Assembly (NCBI GenBank): GCA_951804945.1
Contig: OX638152.1
Location: 43,958,001 to 44,022,000, forward strand
Length of the DNA: 64,000 nucleotides
Source of the DNA: Podarcis cretensis
Lineage: Eukaryota
Direction: 5' to 3'
This document shows positions 26,554 to 38,782 of this stretch, piece by piece. Under the pieces are notes generated by a model. It was not told the origin of the DNA. It worked only from the letters and a program-made list of their open reading frames with translations, and ran no database searches. The first letter of the stretch is position 1; every line of letters starts with the position of its first letter. Made by a program: the position numbers and the translations under genes.

Positions 26554-27035
26554 TGTTATGACTTGTAGGTGCCAGGGTTTGGGGTTGCCAGATTCCCTAT
26601 AATTCCTGATAGCTGTTAGAATTTAATCAAGTCCCCTGGATCCAGCAGCAAATCAATTGCTGGATTAATCTGGCCAGCCTAATAATGGTAGCTAAGTATG
26701 AGTCATTAACTTAACAAAGGCAAAATGATCAGCCATAAGAAAGCGGGAGCTCTATGCCAGACACAAATGGGTGGAACCCAAACGTGAATTCTGAGTTGGT
26801 GGGGAGAGACCAAAGAGTTTTGGGTTTTTTGGATTTCAATTAGCATGTTTTAGGGGAAATGAGTTTTCAGTCTGTTAAATGCAGCAAGCTGGAGTAGAGG
26901 AACAGAGGTCCATGGCTGATTTCTGCTGCCTTCCAAGACTGTGGCCATGGGAGAAGCAATTGGTGTGTAATGCTGAGAGATCATCCGTCATAGTCTTGGG
27001 TTGCATTTACGTGTAAATAAACCAATATTATAAAA
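26554..27035 (+). mobile_element. LTR-like element whose 3' end is cut by the Penelope insertion
   Basis: TGTTATG start, AATAAA at about 27016. Confidence 0.45.
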
Positions 27036-27045
27036 ACAAAAAAAA

Positions 27046-28685
27046 TTCCTTCCAGTAGCACCTTAAAGACCAACTAAGTTAGTTCTTGGTATGAGCTTTC
27101 GTGTGCATGCACACTTCTTCAGATACACTGAAACAGAAGTTTCCAGACCCTTCTATATAGTGAGAAGGTGGGGAGGGGTATTACTCAGAAGGGTGGTGGG
27201 AATGGGTGATTGGCAGATAGCTGTGATGAGCCTGTTGACGACTCTTAACGACTGCAATAGGTCTTACAGGAAAAAGCAAGGGGTGAGAAGGTGAAAAATG
27301 GCTTTGTCATGTATAATGAGATAAGAATCCAAGGTCTTTGTTCAGACCAGGACTCTCCATGGTTTTAAGTTTGGTGATAAGTTGCAATTCAGCAGCTTCT
27401 CTTTCCAGTCTATTTCTGAAATTCCTTTGTAGTAAAACAGCTACTTTGAGATCTTGTATAGAATGTCCTGGGAGATTGAAGTGTTCTCCTACTGGTTTCT
27501 CTGTCTTGTGAGTCCTGATATCTGATTTATGTCCGTTTATTCTTTGGCGTAAGGTCTGGTCTGTTTGTCCAATATAGAGAGCTGAAGGACACTGTTGGCA
27601 TTTGATGGCATACACAATGTTAGACGATGAGCAATTAAATAGTCCCGAGATGGTATGTGTGATGTTGTTGGGGCCAGTAATGGTGTTGTCCGGGTGTATG
27701 TGGCAGCAAAGTTGGCATCTGAGTTTATTGCAGGCTCTGGTGCCAGTGTCTGTGTTAGGTCTGGTTGTAGTATTATTGTGGGTTAGGAGTTGTTTAAGAT
27801 TGGGTGGCTGTCAGTAGGCAATGAAAGGTCTTCCTCCCAGAGCTTGAGAAAGAGAACTGTCATTGTCCAGGAGAGGTTGTAGATCTCTGATGATGTGTTG
27901 TACTGTTTTAACTTGGGAGCTGTATGTGATGACTAGAGGTGTTCTGTTATTTTCTTTTTTGGGTCTGTATTGCAGCAAGTTCTCTCTGGGTATCAGTCTG
28001 GCTCTGTTGATCTGTTGTCTAACTTCATCTGCTGGGTATTTTAGTTCTAAAAAGGTTTACTGTAGATCTCTTAGGTGAGAGTCTCTGTCTGTAGAATTGG
28101 AACAGATGCGGCTGTAACGTAGTGCCTGGCTATATACAATGGACTGTTTGGTATGTTTGGGATGGTAGCTAGAGGCATGTAGATATGTTTGTCGGTCAGT
28201 TGGTTTACGGTATAAGGTGGTGTCTATGCGCCCATCCTGTATTTTTATAGTAGTGTCCAAAAAATGTATTTCTTGCATAGATTGATTCATTGTTAGGTTG
28301 ATTGTGGGGTGAAAATCATTGAATTTCTGGTGGAAGGTGTCCAGGGTCTGTTGACCATGTGTCCAGATGATAAAAATATTGTCAATGTATCGCAGGTACA
28401 AGAGAGGTTTGAGTGGGTAGGAGTTTAGGAAACGTTGTTCTAAATCTGCCATGAAGATGTTGGCATACTGTGGGGCCATGCGGGTGCCCATAGCTGTGCC
28501 GCTGATCTGAAGGAACAGGTCATCACTGAATTTGAAGTTGTTGTGGGTAAGAACAAATTGGCAGAGTTTGGTGGCAAAGTCCGCTGTGGTTTTATCTGAA
28601 ATGGTGTTCTTTATAGCTTGTAAACCATCGTTGTGTGGAATGTTGGTATACAGAGATTCCACATCCATAGTGGGTAGTATGTACT
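27046..28685 (-). mobile_element. Penelope-like element (Neptune type): 5'-truncated RT, Cys-rich linker, GIY-YIG endonuclease, hammerhead-bearing terminus; inactivated
   Basis: DVESLYTNI, GTAMGTRMAPQYANIFM, RYID(N), LYRKPTD, VYAIKC..C...YIGQT; premature stops at about 28057 and 27812. Confidence 0.93.
27089..27126 (-). ncRNA. Minimal type I hammerhead ribozyme, intact core
   Basis: GUAU-CUGAAGA-A-GUGUGCAUGCACAC-GAAA-GCUC|AUAC. Confidence 0.88.
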
Positions 28686-29105
28686 TTGCATCGAGTTCTG
28701 GCAGAAAATAAATGAAGTTAGAAACTTTCTTCTTCATCTAAAATAATAATAATAATTTGGTGGAAAAAGTTGGGGCCAGCCACAGCCCTCCATGCCTTTG
28801 TATCTGGCCTCCCGGACTTTCCGCAGGCCACACCCCATTCTTAGCTGCATCCTTCACCAGCCATACTTTGTGCCCTCCTTGAAAGTTCTTGCTTGACTGA
28901 GATGTGTCTGATAATGTGTTTGTTTCACCAAAGGAGGATAGACAAGGGTATGTAGGACTAGTCTGATATACTAAGGCAAACTTTGATTCCCCCCCTTTGT
29001 TCACTTTTGCATCTGGCCACACAAACCATTGATATATGGTGAAAGCTGCCCAGATGGGAATGTAGCCCTCAGTATATTAAAGGTTCCCCACTCCTGATTA
29101 GTGAC

Positions 29106-29305
29106 CACTGGTGGAGGAAGAGGAGTGTGGGGGAGCGCACCGCCCCCGGCAGCGTGATCCCAGTGGGGTGCCATCACGGCTGCCCCCCCCGCCCACGCTG
29201 GGTGCGACACCCCTGCAGGCAGCGTGCCACACCCCCAGGATGCGCACCAGCCCTGCTCCTCACTTCTCTCCACCCCCGGTGCCGGAGCCTAAAGCTTCGC
29301 CACTG
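29106..29305. mobile_element. GC-rich hAT-type MITE (same family as 60947)
   Basis: cactggtggag / cttcgccactg termini; TSD ttagtgac/tttgtgat. Confidence 0.75.
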
Positions 29306-29569
29306 TTTGTGATTCCTTGCATACAAAATAGCTGGATGGATCTGACCGAAATTTGTCAGGCTTAATCTGATTTTGAGGGGGTCATTTCCTTGCAAATATA
29401 ATCCACTTACTATGAAAAGGAATAAAGGTGATAACCATTTCTAGATTTCCATTATAGCCAGTGGTGGTGAAACAGCTTTGGATTTAGCAGACAGTAGTGG
29501 AATACATGGGGGGGAGGGGGGATGCCATTCACCTGATCTCCAATTAGTCACATCATCAATGCTTCAGAT

Positions 29570-29650
29570 GGGATTCCTGCATTGCAGGAAGTTGGACTAG
29601 ATGACTCTTGGGGTCCCTTCTAGCTTCAACTCTATCATTCTACGATTCTA
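29570..29650 (+). mobile_element. CR1 3' terminus
   Basis: attcctgcattgcaggaagttggactagatgactcttggggtcccttc...attctacgattcta. Confidence 0.75.
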
Positions 29651-31399
29651 TAACTAGGAAATTGAGGGAGGTGAGGCAAGGCTGAGGCAAGTTGGATGGA
29701 GCTAATCTGGTTCTCCTGGTGGTGTGTTTATACCACTTGGTAAGCAGCAAGGATGCAACTGGCCAGAGGTCAAGTGAGTGGTGGCACCCCACCACACAGT
29801 CCACTACAGTTAACAGATCAGATGTGCACCTGAATAACAAATCAAATTAAAATGACGCAGAACAGTTCTAAACAGACTGGGCTGCTTTCAAATGCTACCA
29901 AAACAAAGTGAATAATGTGCCCACTGATCAGCCATAGTAAGTACAACAGAGAATGAAAAATCACACTCAAAAGGAAACTATTTTGATTCTGTAAACATTT
30001 AGAGACTGTGCTGGGTTCCGGGGGCGGGGGGGTCATATTCACTTTCGAAACATCTGACTGATAAAAATATTTCAACTCTAAAGAATTAGTGCTTTTATTT
30101 TCATCTGGATAATTTCATGTGGTGGAAATGATGGTGATGGGGGAAATCTGCAAGTGTTATAATATATGAATATGTGGCAAACAAGAAATACTATTGTTTC
30201 TTATTTACAGAAGCTTTGACCTTCCAAATAGGAGTTTCATCAAAATTTATCTTTAAAGCATGTGAGGAGCATGAATATAAAAATATGCAGTTTGCTATCC
30301 ATGGTGCTGAAATTCCCTTCTAAATTCTTAAATATGATAGCATGATATTCTATACTTGCAAATCAGAAAAAAAGCTTTTAAAAATGAAAACAAGTTGAAC
30401 ACATTCATCATTAACTAAATGAAAGAAAATTAGGCATTGTTCAATGACACTGGAAAAGAATACACTGTAATTACCAATTTGGAAAGATTGATTCTCTTTA
30501 GGTCATAGGAGCTAAAAGAGAAAAAAAGAACTAAAGGTATACATTTCTTAACCAGAACATTCCTGATAGTTTCACCCACAATTTTTCACATGCAATGTCA
30601 ATTCGGCATTAAATATCTACTTTAATTCTTTTCATAGCTCATAATTTTATTTTTGAAGTCTGGATTACCAGTTAGCCTGTCCAATGCTTGAGGAGGAAAC
30701 AGTAATTTTCCAGAAAATTTTGCAGCTTTATGTATTCATTACAATACAAAGCTCCACAGCTATTCATCAAAAGTTAAATAGCTGGGTTCCTAGCATCCAT
30801 TCTTTCCATACAACAGTATTCTATTAAATAAGCTAGCTTTCCCACATCCCTCTACAGTCCTCTGTAATCTTCATAAATTTATATCTGAGCAGTGAGGGCT
30901 CTCTGCAGCAGCATGGCATGTGGTGCAGGGTAAGGCTGAAATATCATCCAGTGTCGTGCAAAAACAATATCTTTTGATGCAAGCCATTATGTAGTTCAAC
31001 ATGAGCTTTTTTCACTCTTAGGATGCATCAGTACATCAAATCAAGGTATAAAAAAGAAACCAGTGAATGCAAATGACAAAGCAGCTGTCTATTCTGGACA
31101 AAGATGCTTTTGAATTTAATTCCAAACCAGAATACTTTGAGATTGTACGGGAATTTGACACCCAGAAGTCATAAAATAATTATGATAATCTGCATGGGTA
31201 GACTAGGCTACAGAAGAATCAAAGATTAACTCAAAACAAGGATTTCACATAATTAAACTAAGCACATGTCCCTTTCTGTATCTGGTTTAGCACTATAGAT
31301 TCAGCTACAGAATCATCTGCCATAAGGATGCAACCAAAATACTATCAAGCAACACAGAGAATGTCCAACACTGAAATATTCTGAATATGGCAAAAGCAG

Positions 31400-31546
31400 T
31401 AATGTTTATTTATTTATTTAACCATAAAATTCATGCGTAAACAGAAATTTCTTGAAATGTATTGTGAAAGTCAACAATGAGGGAGTCAGATGTACCTGAC
31501 CAGGGAAGGCATTCCACCAACTGGGAACTGTCACTGAAAAGGCACT
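31400..31546 (-). mobile_element. Old L2 3' remnant
   Basis: (TTTA)n followed by gggaaggcattccaccaactggg...cactgaaaaggcac, the antisense of AFSV..P..WN.LP. Confidence 0.6.
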
Positions 31547-33116
31547 GTCGGAGGGGGAGGGTTCAACATTCATCCAATTTCACAGAAATTCACAATTTTA
31601 ACACACACGCACCCCTATTTTTATTAAATGGTAATAACTATTCTCTTCCCACTACTTTGGCAGTTTTATTTATTGCTGATTATATTGTTCAGCCTGTCAG
31701 CTTAGGGTCAACTCAAACATATATGTGTATAATTAAATGATAACAACAGTAAACAATAAATGGAATGCGTGAAGCAGTCATCTCAAATCAAGTGCCACAT
31801 AGAAAGCTTTCACATCATTTTATCTACAGAATGTTTTAATGGAAGCAATTCACATGTTCTACACAATCAATCAGGTGTCGGGTAATCAAATGAGACTGTG
31901 ACTGACATGTTTGCATGTGTGTATTAACCCTAAACTTCAGATTACACCACCTGAATAAGTAGAAATGCAGAAAGTACAGAATGTTATAATACTGCTATAA
32001 CTCACTTTAGCAGTCTTTATGCAGCCAACATAATTTCCCAAACAGGTGGCAAAATATAATCATCAACATCAGAAACAACATCAAATTGATTTCTTAAAAC
32101 AGGAAAAAGCATCAGTTTATAAATTAAGTGATTCAATAATTATTCCAACTGTCATCTTTATAAACATGACAAACACTGCTTTGATGACAAAATGCATAAC
32201 CTGACCTCAGTTAACCAAATAAATGAGGATGACTTTTATCAGTCACTGCAATAAATACTGAGAAAAACACAAATTCAAAATAAAAAGAAAACTACAGAAA
32301 ATCTGATTTAGACAATGACGTAATTGTTTTTTAAAAACAATATTCTGCACAGACTAGAGTATTCAGAGTCACATTACTGAATGCAGCCAGGAATTACAAA
32401 AATATTTATTCCCAATATTTAAAAGAAAATGTTTAAATTTGGCTAGACTGCCTCCACCATCAGGGACTGCTGAATGAAACAGAACAATATCACATTATTG
32501 TTTTCTTATTATATTACGTATTTCCACTACAATTCAGTTAAAACAATGCTTGTGTATAAGAAAATAAATTTCATAGTTTGACATTTCCAGACTGATTTAA
32601 GAACAATAGTTTGAAATTCACATTTGAAACTGGTTTACAGACACGTGATATTGTCACTCCATGATTAAGAATCTTCCCATCAATAGATTCTTGTCCCCCC
32701 CCCCAATACATTTCAAGTTTGTGTTTTCAGTATCTGGTATGCATTGGTAGAGCACATCCATCCAAATTCTGGCACCCATCTGCACTGTTGAGTCTTTGTA
32801 CCATGTCCTCTGAACTTATTTTGAATGGCTGCATGGCACTCTAATTTTCTATTTTTTTTTAATTCTACATTACTTTCTTTTGCTTGGTATTTTGCTAATT
32901 GTACTAACTGGCAAAAGCTCATCACACATCTTTGCAAATAAATTGATTACTACCAACTTCATGCCACTGGATTCAACAATATTTTGAACCATTTCCCTCA
33001 TTGTTTTGGTAGTACTAATGCTCAACACCCTGTGTAATTCAGTTTTTCTATCTAGTATTTACATTTCTGTCATGCACAATAACATTAAATAGACAATATA
33101 CCTGAAATCGGTTTAC

Positions 33117-33195
33117 CTTGTTTGAGTCTGATTATATAGAAGAATCTTTTGTTAGCTTACCTAAAAAGAAACAGAGAAAGGAGTTTTGTTAAATT
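33117..33195 (-). other. Candidate recursive splice site (AG|GTAAGC at 33161|33160) with 44-nt RS-exon 33160-33117
   Basis: Minus strand reads tttaacaaaactcctttctctgtttctttttAG|GTAAGCtaac...caaacaag|GTAAAC; stops in all three frames. Confidence 0.6.
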
Positions 33196-34289
33196 CAGTA
33201 GGTTACATGGCACTTTTAAAAGAAAAAAAAATGGTCTGGATGCAAGCAGTTTTTTAAAAAAGCTAGAAATAATTAATCCAAGCACTAAAGGGTTTTGCCT
33301 ATTCTCTGTTATTTGCTGCTGATACCCATTCCTCAACCCATGGTAGTCAGTGGGGAAGGCATCTGTCATTCCTACTATTTGTAGCTACTGACAGAACTAT
33401 CTTCCATGTGGTGGTTTCCCTTTTTAAAAATGCCTGGAAATCTTGGGGTTGAATTAAGCATTCTGTTCTTTGAAAGGAAAGAGCTTCCACTCATGGAAGA
33501 ATTCATGAGCTACTCAGTTTACAAAACAGAATGTTTGAATTCAACCACATTCCATTTCGCCAGTCATTTAATTGTATATGTCAGTTTTCCATTGTGCACA
33601 TTGTCCTTGTATACTCTTTTCTTACTCATATGTGACTTTGTATTTTGTAACAATCATCAACCACTTTACAAAAATGTTAGTGAAGAATAAGCACACACGG
33701 CACGTAAAAATTAGTTTCAGGAACTGGGTGTAAAGGGATCCGACCCAGGACACACACTGGAGCTGGGACAGGAATGTGGGCAAGAACACTGAGTGGGGTG
33801 AGGATGCTGAGAGCATCCCAGCAGCAGATTAAAGGGCAGAAACAGAGAGCATTCTTTCTCAGTCCAAGCAGCAGGAAGAAGGAGACACCAGCAAAGGAAC
33901 ACAGAGGTAGAGGGCAATAGGGCAGACTATGAATGGAACCAGGGCTGCTCCAAAAATAGCATTGGGATTGGGGGTAGGAAGGGACCTTGGGAAGGTCATA
34001 ATCCAAGTGGCAAATCAGTGCGAGATAAAGGGTAGGAAGGACAGATAGGAAAGGAAAGTGAGAGATTGAAATGACCAGAAACACTAAATTAAACAAACAA
34101 AAGGAGTGGTGTACACTGATGAAAAGGGGTAACAAGACTCTTGGAGTAAGGAGTTCTGAAGATTCCTGGGACATTAGAAGGTAGGCGCTGACACGGGGGT
34201 TAACTGGGATGGATAGGAATGATAGGATATTATTGAGAAATTCAGTCACTGTTGCAGCAACATCAAGTGAAGTAAATACTGATATTGTT

Positions 34290-34490
34290 TATTTGTTGTC
34301 ACATTTATAGCCCACTTTCTTCCAAGGAACTCCATGACGTGTATATGGTTCTCCTTCTACTCCTGTTAGAATCACAACAACCCTTTGAGGTAGATTAGGC
34401 TGAGAGGCACTATCTTGCCCAAAAGTAACCCAGAGAGCTTCATGGATGAGTGAGGATTTGGACCCTGGCTCCCTCCTTATCTAGTTCAAT
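34290..34490 (-). mobile_element. Old CORE-SINE (MIR/Squam3A-like)
   Basis: cacaacaaccctttgaggtagattaggctgagag...cttgccca...agcttcatggatgagtgaggatttggaccctgg. Confidence 0.7.
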
Positions 34491-35295
34491 GGATCATTAG
34501 TATAACCCTGTACAAGATTTCTTTAGTTTTAATGGACTATAATTTCATTTCAAAACCATAAAATTCACCCTTCACCACCAAGTATATAATAAAGTTATAG
34601 CTTGTGAGCTGCTATATGGTGGAAGATCCACGTGTATTCCAAAACAAAACTAAGTAGTGATGCTATGGCCAGCTCTTTCAAACTTCATGTTAGGCTCCAT
34701 TTCCTAACATTTAACACATTTTGAGAATAGCCAGGTCAAAATATTGTTTTTTTTTAAGCTACAAGATAAATGAAAGTGTTGCCACTACAGTTTACCAGTT
34801 TTATAGAAAGCACCAACATACAACTGGATTAATTAGAGACCTTTCCAATATGTAGTGTAGACAAAATTGCATGTATTAATTATTACTGAAGAACACACAC
34901 ACACACTCCTTCAAATAAGAAACAAGGTCAACTAACAGTATGCTTAGATAAATTAAGAATATGTCTTCATGTGTTTGGCTGATTTGTCTGCATCCCTTTC
35001 CCTCTGCCAGGAGATTTTCTAAAGGAGTATCAAGTACAAAGAAAGCTACAAAGTACTACTTATGCATAATAGAAATTCAATGCATGCTCCTTGTTTTATT
35101 TCAAAGCCGATTACTGAAGAGCTCACACTATGCTGAATTGTCTCTTCTGTAAATGGAAGCACTGCATCACATGCTTTTCCTGTATTACTCATTCAGTCAT
35201 TCATGGTTGGTCAACTTACAAAATCATACAAATCATTCAGTATCAATATTCAAAATCACATTAATTAAAATAAATATCCCTAAATATCATTGCTA

Positions 35296-35298
<3 letters not shown>

Positions 35299-35371
<73 letters not shown>
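35299..35371. repeat. Compound (TC)n(AC)n microsatellite
   Basis: Seen directly. Confidence 0.95.
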
Positions 35372-35374
<3 letters not shown>

Positions 35375-36031
35375 GGAGAGGGAGATTGAGAGAGAGAGCC
35401 AGCAGATTTGGAGTATTACTGTTTTTTGAGTTCCAGAAATGATGATTCCACCTATTCCAATATTCAGTTTTTCTATGAGCAAACTCTGTACCATTCTGTT
35501 TGAGAGAGGTCTACAGGGGTTTGTTTTGTATTTCCATGTTATTCATTACTAGCATCCTGATATGTATAAGGAAATCCTAGAAGTGTTCTGTGGTGTACTT
35601 TACATCATTTAAAAGAAAAAGAAAGAAAGAAAAGTATAGGAAAAGTATAGGACAGATACAATAAGGCTGCAATTTGCTTACTTCAAATAAATCTAAATGA
35701 GTACAGTTAGACTTACTTTGCAGTGGTAGCTTCTCAAAAAAGCACTTGAAAGACAAATAAGTCTGTGACAGCAGCAAAGACCTCTTCTCCCAGCACATTT
35801 AAGACTCAGTGCCAAGTTATCCAACCATCTTCTTGGTAGAAAGGATGGCTGCCAATTCAAGGCTACAACAGGAGGTCTCAGACTCACAATTAGTGCTTGG
35901 CCTTTGCTTCTCATCAGATTCAAGTGGCTCTCTGTAACTTCTTTGTAGCACAGACAGGATCAATATAATTTATATTATGCATCAATCTTGCATGTTTTAT
36001 TAAGATAAAAAAAAATGCAATATAATAATAA

Positions 36032-36503
36032 ATAGTAGATCTGTAGAGTTTGAAGGGATCCCAAGGGACCTCTAGTCCAAGTGTCTGCAAATTCAGGGAT
36101 CGCAGTTCACCCCTGGTCATCCAACCTCTGTTAAAAACCTCCAACAAAAGAGAGTCCGCTACCCTCCAAGGTAGTCCATTCCACTGCTGAACAACTCTTA
36201 CCATCAGAAAGTTCTTCCTTATATTTAGTCAGAATCTGCTTTCCCGTAATTTAAATTCATTAGTTTCAATCCCACCCTTTGGAGCAGCAGAAAACAAGCT
36301 TGCTCCATCTTCCATATGACAGCCCTTTAGATAGTTGAAGTTGGGTATCATATCACCTATCATCAATTAGTCTTCTCTTTTCCAGGCTAAACATACTCAA
36401 CTCCTTCAACTGTTCTTCGTAAGGCTTGGTTTCCAGACCCTTTATCATCATGGTCTTCCCCCTCTACACATGTTCCAGTTTGTAAATATTCTTCTTAAAT
36501 TGG
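36032..36503 (-). mobile_element. CR1 LINE 3' fragment
   Basis: Antisense reads VRVVQQWNGLPWRVADS..LEVF; CR1 3' end at about 36035-36080. Confidence 0.85.
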
Positions 36504-38057
36504 TATTCTTCTTAAACTGGTTTCTAACTAAGCTTTCAGAATTCTGCATCTCAGCTATTATAAGTATAGTAAATTATCACCCAATTCCAGCACCTTCTTG
36601 CCTGCTTGCTGTGTCTGAAGCCCTGGAACAAATGGAAGGAACTAGTGTTTCATGCAGCAGAAATGTCAAATTTGGTCACATCACTTGAACTGGTCAAACC
36701 TGTTTGCGTGACATGAATCTTCTTTCTGTGAGCATGACTTAGAGTCGACTTTGAAGTTTATAAATGGAACACCCACTAAATTAAGCAGAACAAAGAAGCA
36801 ACTGATAGCTGAAGTACTGGACCCAAATGTACTCATTAGCGTGTTCAGATTTGCTCGCACTTTTCTTTTAGGGCTATATACTTCTTTAGTTTTCTGAATT
36901 TAATAAGCAAATGAAGGAACTTTTTCAAGAAAAGAATAGGAAAGGAAAATTATTTACACTTCCATCACTCCAACATGCAATGCCACCTATTACATTCAGC
37001 TGACAAACATCTAAACACATTTGATATCTCTTTATCATAATAGGTAACTGATCAGATTAAATATCCAGGATGAAAGCATAAATACAATGAAATTTAAAGA
37101 AACTTTCTCCACAAGTGAAGATTGATTATAATATTTTCTTTAAACATGACCAACTGTTTAAGTTTGATGTTTTAACCATGTGATAAAACGGTCCACTGGA
37201 CATCAATTGTGTAGGCAGTACATTTTCATTGTTACTCCATTCCATTTGCACAGAAAGGTTAAACAGTGAAAGCCATTGATCAACCAATGTTCACCTGCTG
37301 TTCAGTGACCAGTCACTTGGAACAACCCCTACCAGCTTTTCGCCCAATTACCCAGCATAGCTTGAACCCTGGAGAATCCAAAATATATTGTTGCTGCCTG
37401 GCCCAACTGGAAAACAAGCATTTCATTTCTCATTTAGCAAGGTTAAAAATAATGCTTTTCATTATATTGCTTTTCTTCCTAAAATCAACCTTCAGAAAAA
37501 AATCATCCCTGTTGTCTTAGATTAAATTACTATTTCTGCACATTTTCTGACCAAAGTTTCTGGCATGCTATTAATATAAATGGTCCTCTTTTCGACCTGC
37601 TTTCAAAAGCTTTGCCTATGCCTTATGGTGGGTGCCAGGCATGTAGAAGCCCAGTTATTGATACCTTATGACCTCTCTGGGCAAAATTCTATTCTTGATG
37701 ACATTCACAAGGCTTCACTGTAATTTACCCATATAACTGTTTACAACTATCCTTTCTTGTAGTAGTTGCCATGAGGGCAAGGGAACACTTACATTTCTAT
37801 AATTTCTTCTAAAGAGTAATGACTGTTAACTGTACCATGTCTTTTTTGCATTATGTCACCAAGTAGGCTTCAACTGTTAAAAAAAAATTGTGATGGAAAG
37901 AACATAAAAATCAAATTAAATGCTCACAAGCATTTTGCAGTACATGTACACAAGTGCTTTGCTTTTGACACAACAACTGGTTAGGTTCTAAATGCTATGT
38001 CTGTAGAAGTGTTGATCTATTACCCTGATTAGTAGTTAACTTTCATTTCTTTTCTAG

Positions 38058-38137
38058 CTTTGCCCCTGGATAAGCTCAAGTATTCCCAAGAAGAAGCCCT
38101 GTTCAAGTACATTTGTCATGCGAACAACTATAATAAG
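38058..38137 (+). other. Candidate 80-nt internal exon (unassigned gene or lncRNA)
   Basis: ttaac-tttcatttcttttctAG|...aag|GTAATT; open frame LPLDKLKYSQEEALFKYICHANNYNK. Confidence 0.4.
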
Positions 38138-38782
38138 GTAATTTATCATACTCTGTCAAGAGTTTTATTCCAGAAAGACTGCTGCATTTTTATCCTTACC
38201 AAAAATTTTGCTGTCACTCTTACTGAAAAATTTGGTAGACATTTTGGACATGTTTAATAGCCATTCCAAACTGATAGTGGCAGATAATTAAGTTATCTGC
38301 TATCAAAATATCTTTTGTTCTCTAAAATGCTTATGATGAAATGAACCCTCAGGGTGACTTAATATGGCCTGTTCACAGAGTGTAATTGTTTGTACCTTTC
38401 ACTTTTCTCCATCTAAGTCAATAACCAGTGTAGAAGCCTTTTTTTATTTTCCTTGTTGGTCTCCAATCAGTTGCATCAATGGAGACTTTTCATTTGTTAA
38501 AACAACTATCAGTAACTTCAGGTGGGAGCAGACTCTAGGTTACTGGATGATGACAATAATCACAGTGACATATACAAATCCTTAATTGACCCATATTTGA
38601 AAATTAGTGCATAGTAGCAATTTTTCCATAGTTTTAATCTGAGACTCTTTCAACATTGTTTGGGAATGAACAAGGATCGCTACCCCACATCTGTAGCATG
38701 AATTTAGGGGGGGGTGGTTAACAAGTTAATTGACATTGTAATGCTCAATCTTCCTTGTATTGCAGTTTTTTAAGTCATATGA

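Noticed and set aside
28686-28737. N-terminus MKKKVSNFIYF... of the 226-aa RT ORF
   Set aside because: Flanking DNA that happens to be in frame with the truncated Penelope RT; not a real start.
31022-31045. 24-nt plus-strand microexon-like segment (DASVHQIK)
   Set aside because: The donor GTATAA is weak, and such matches are expected by chance in AT-rich DNA.
33677-34249. 190-aa minus-strand ORF
   Set aside because: It arises from purine/pyrimidine strand skew (L/S/F/P-rich) and has no domain or splice context.
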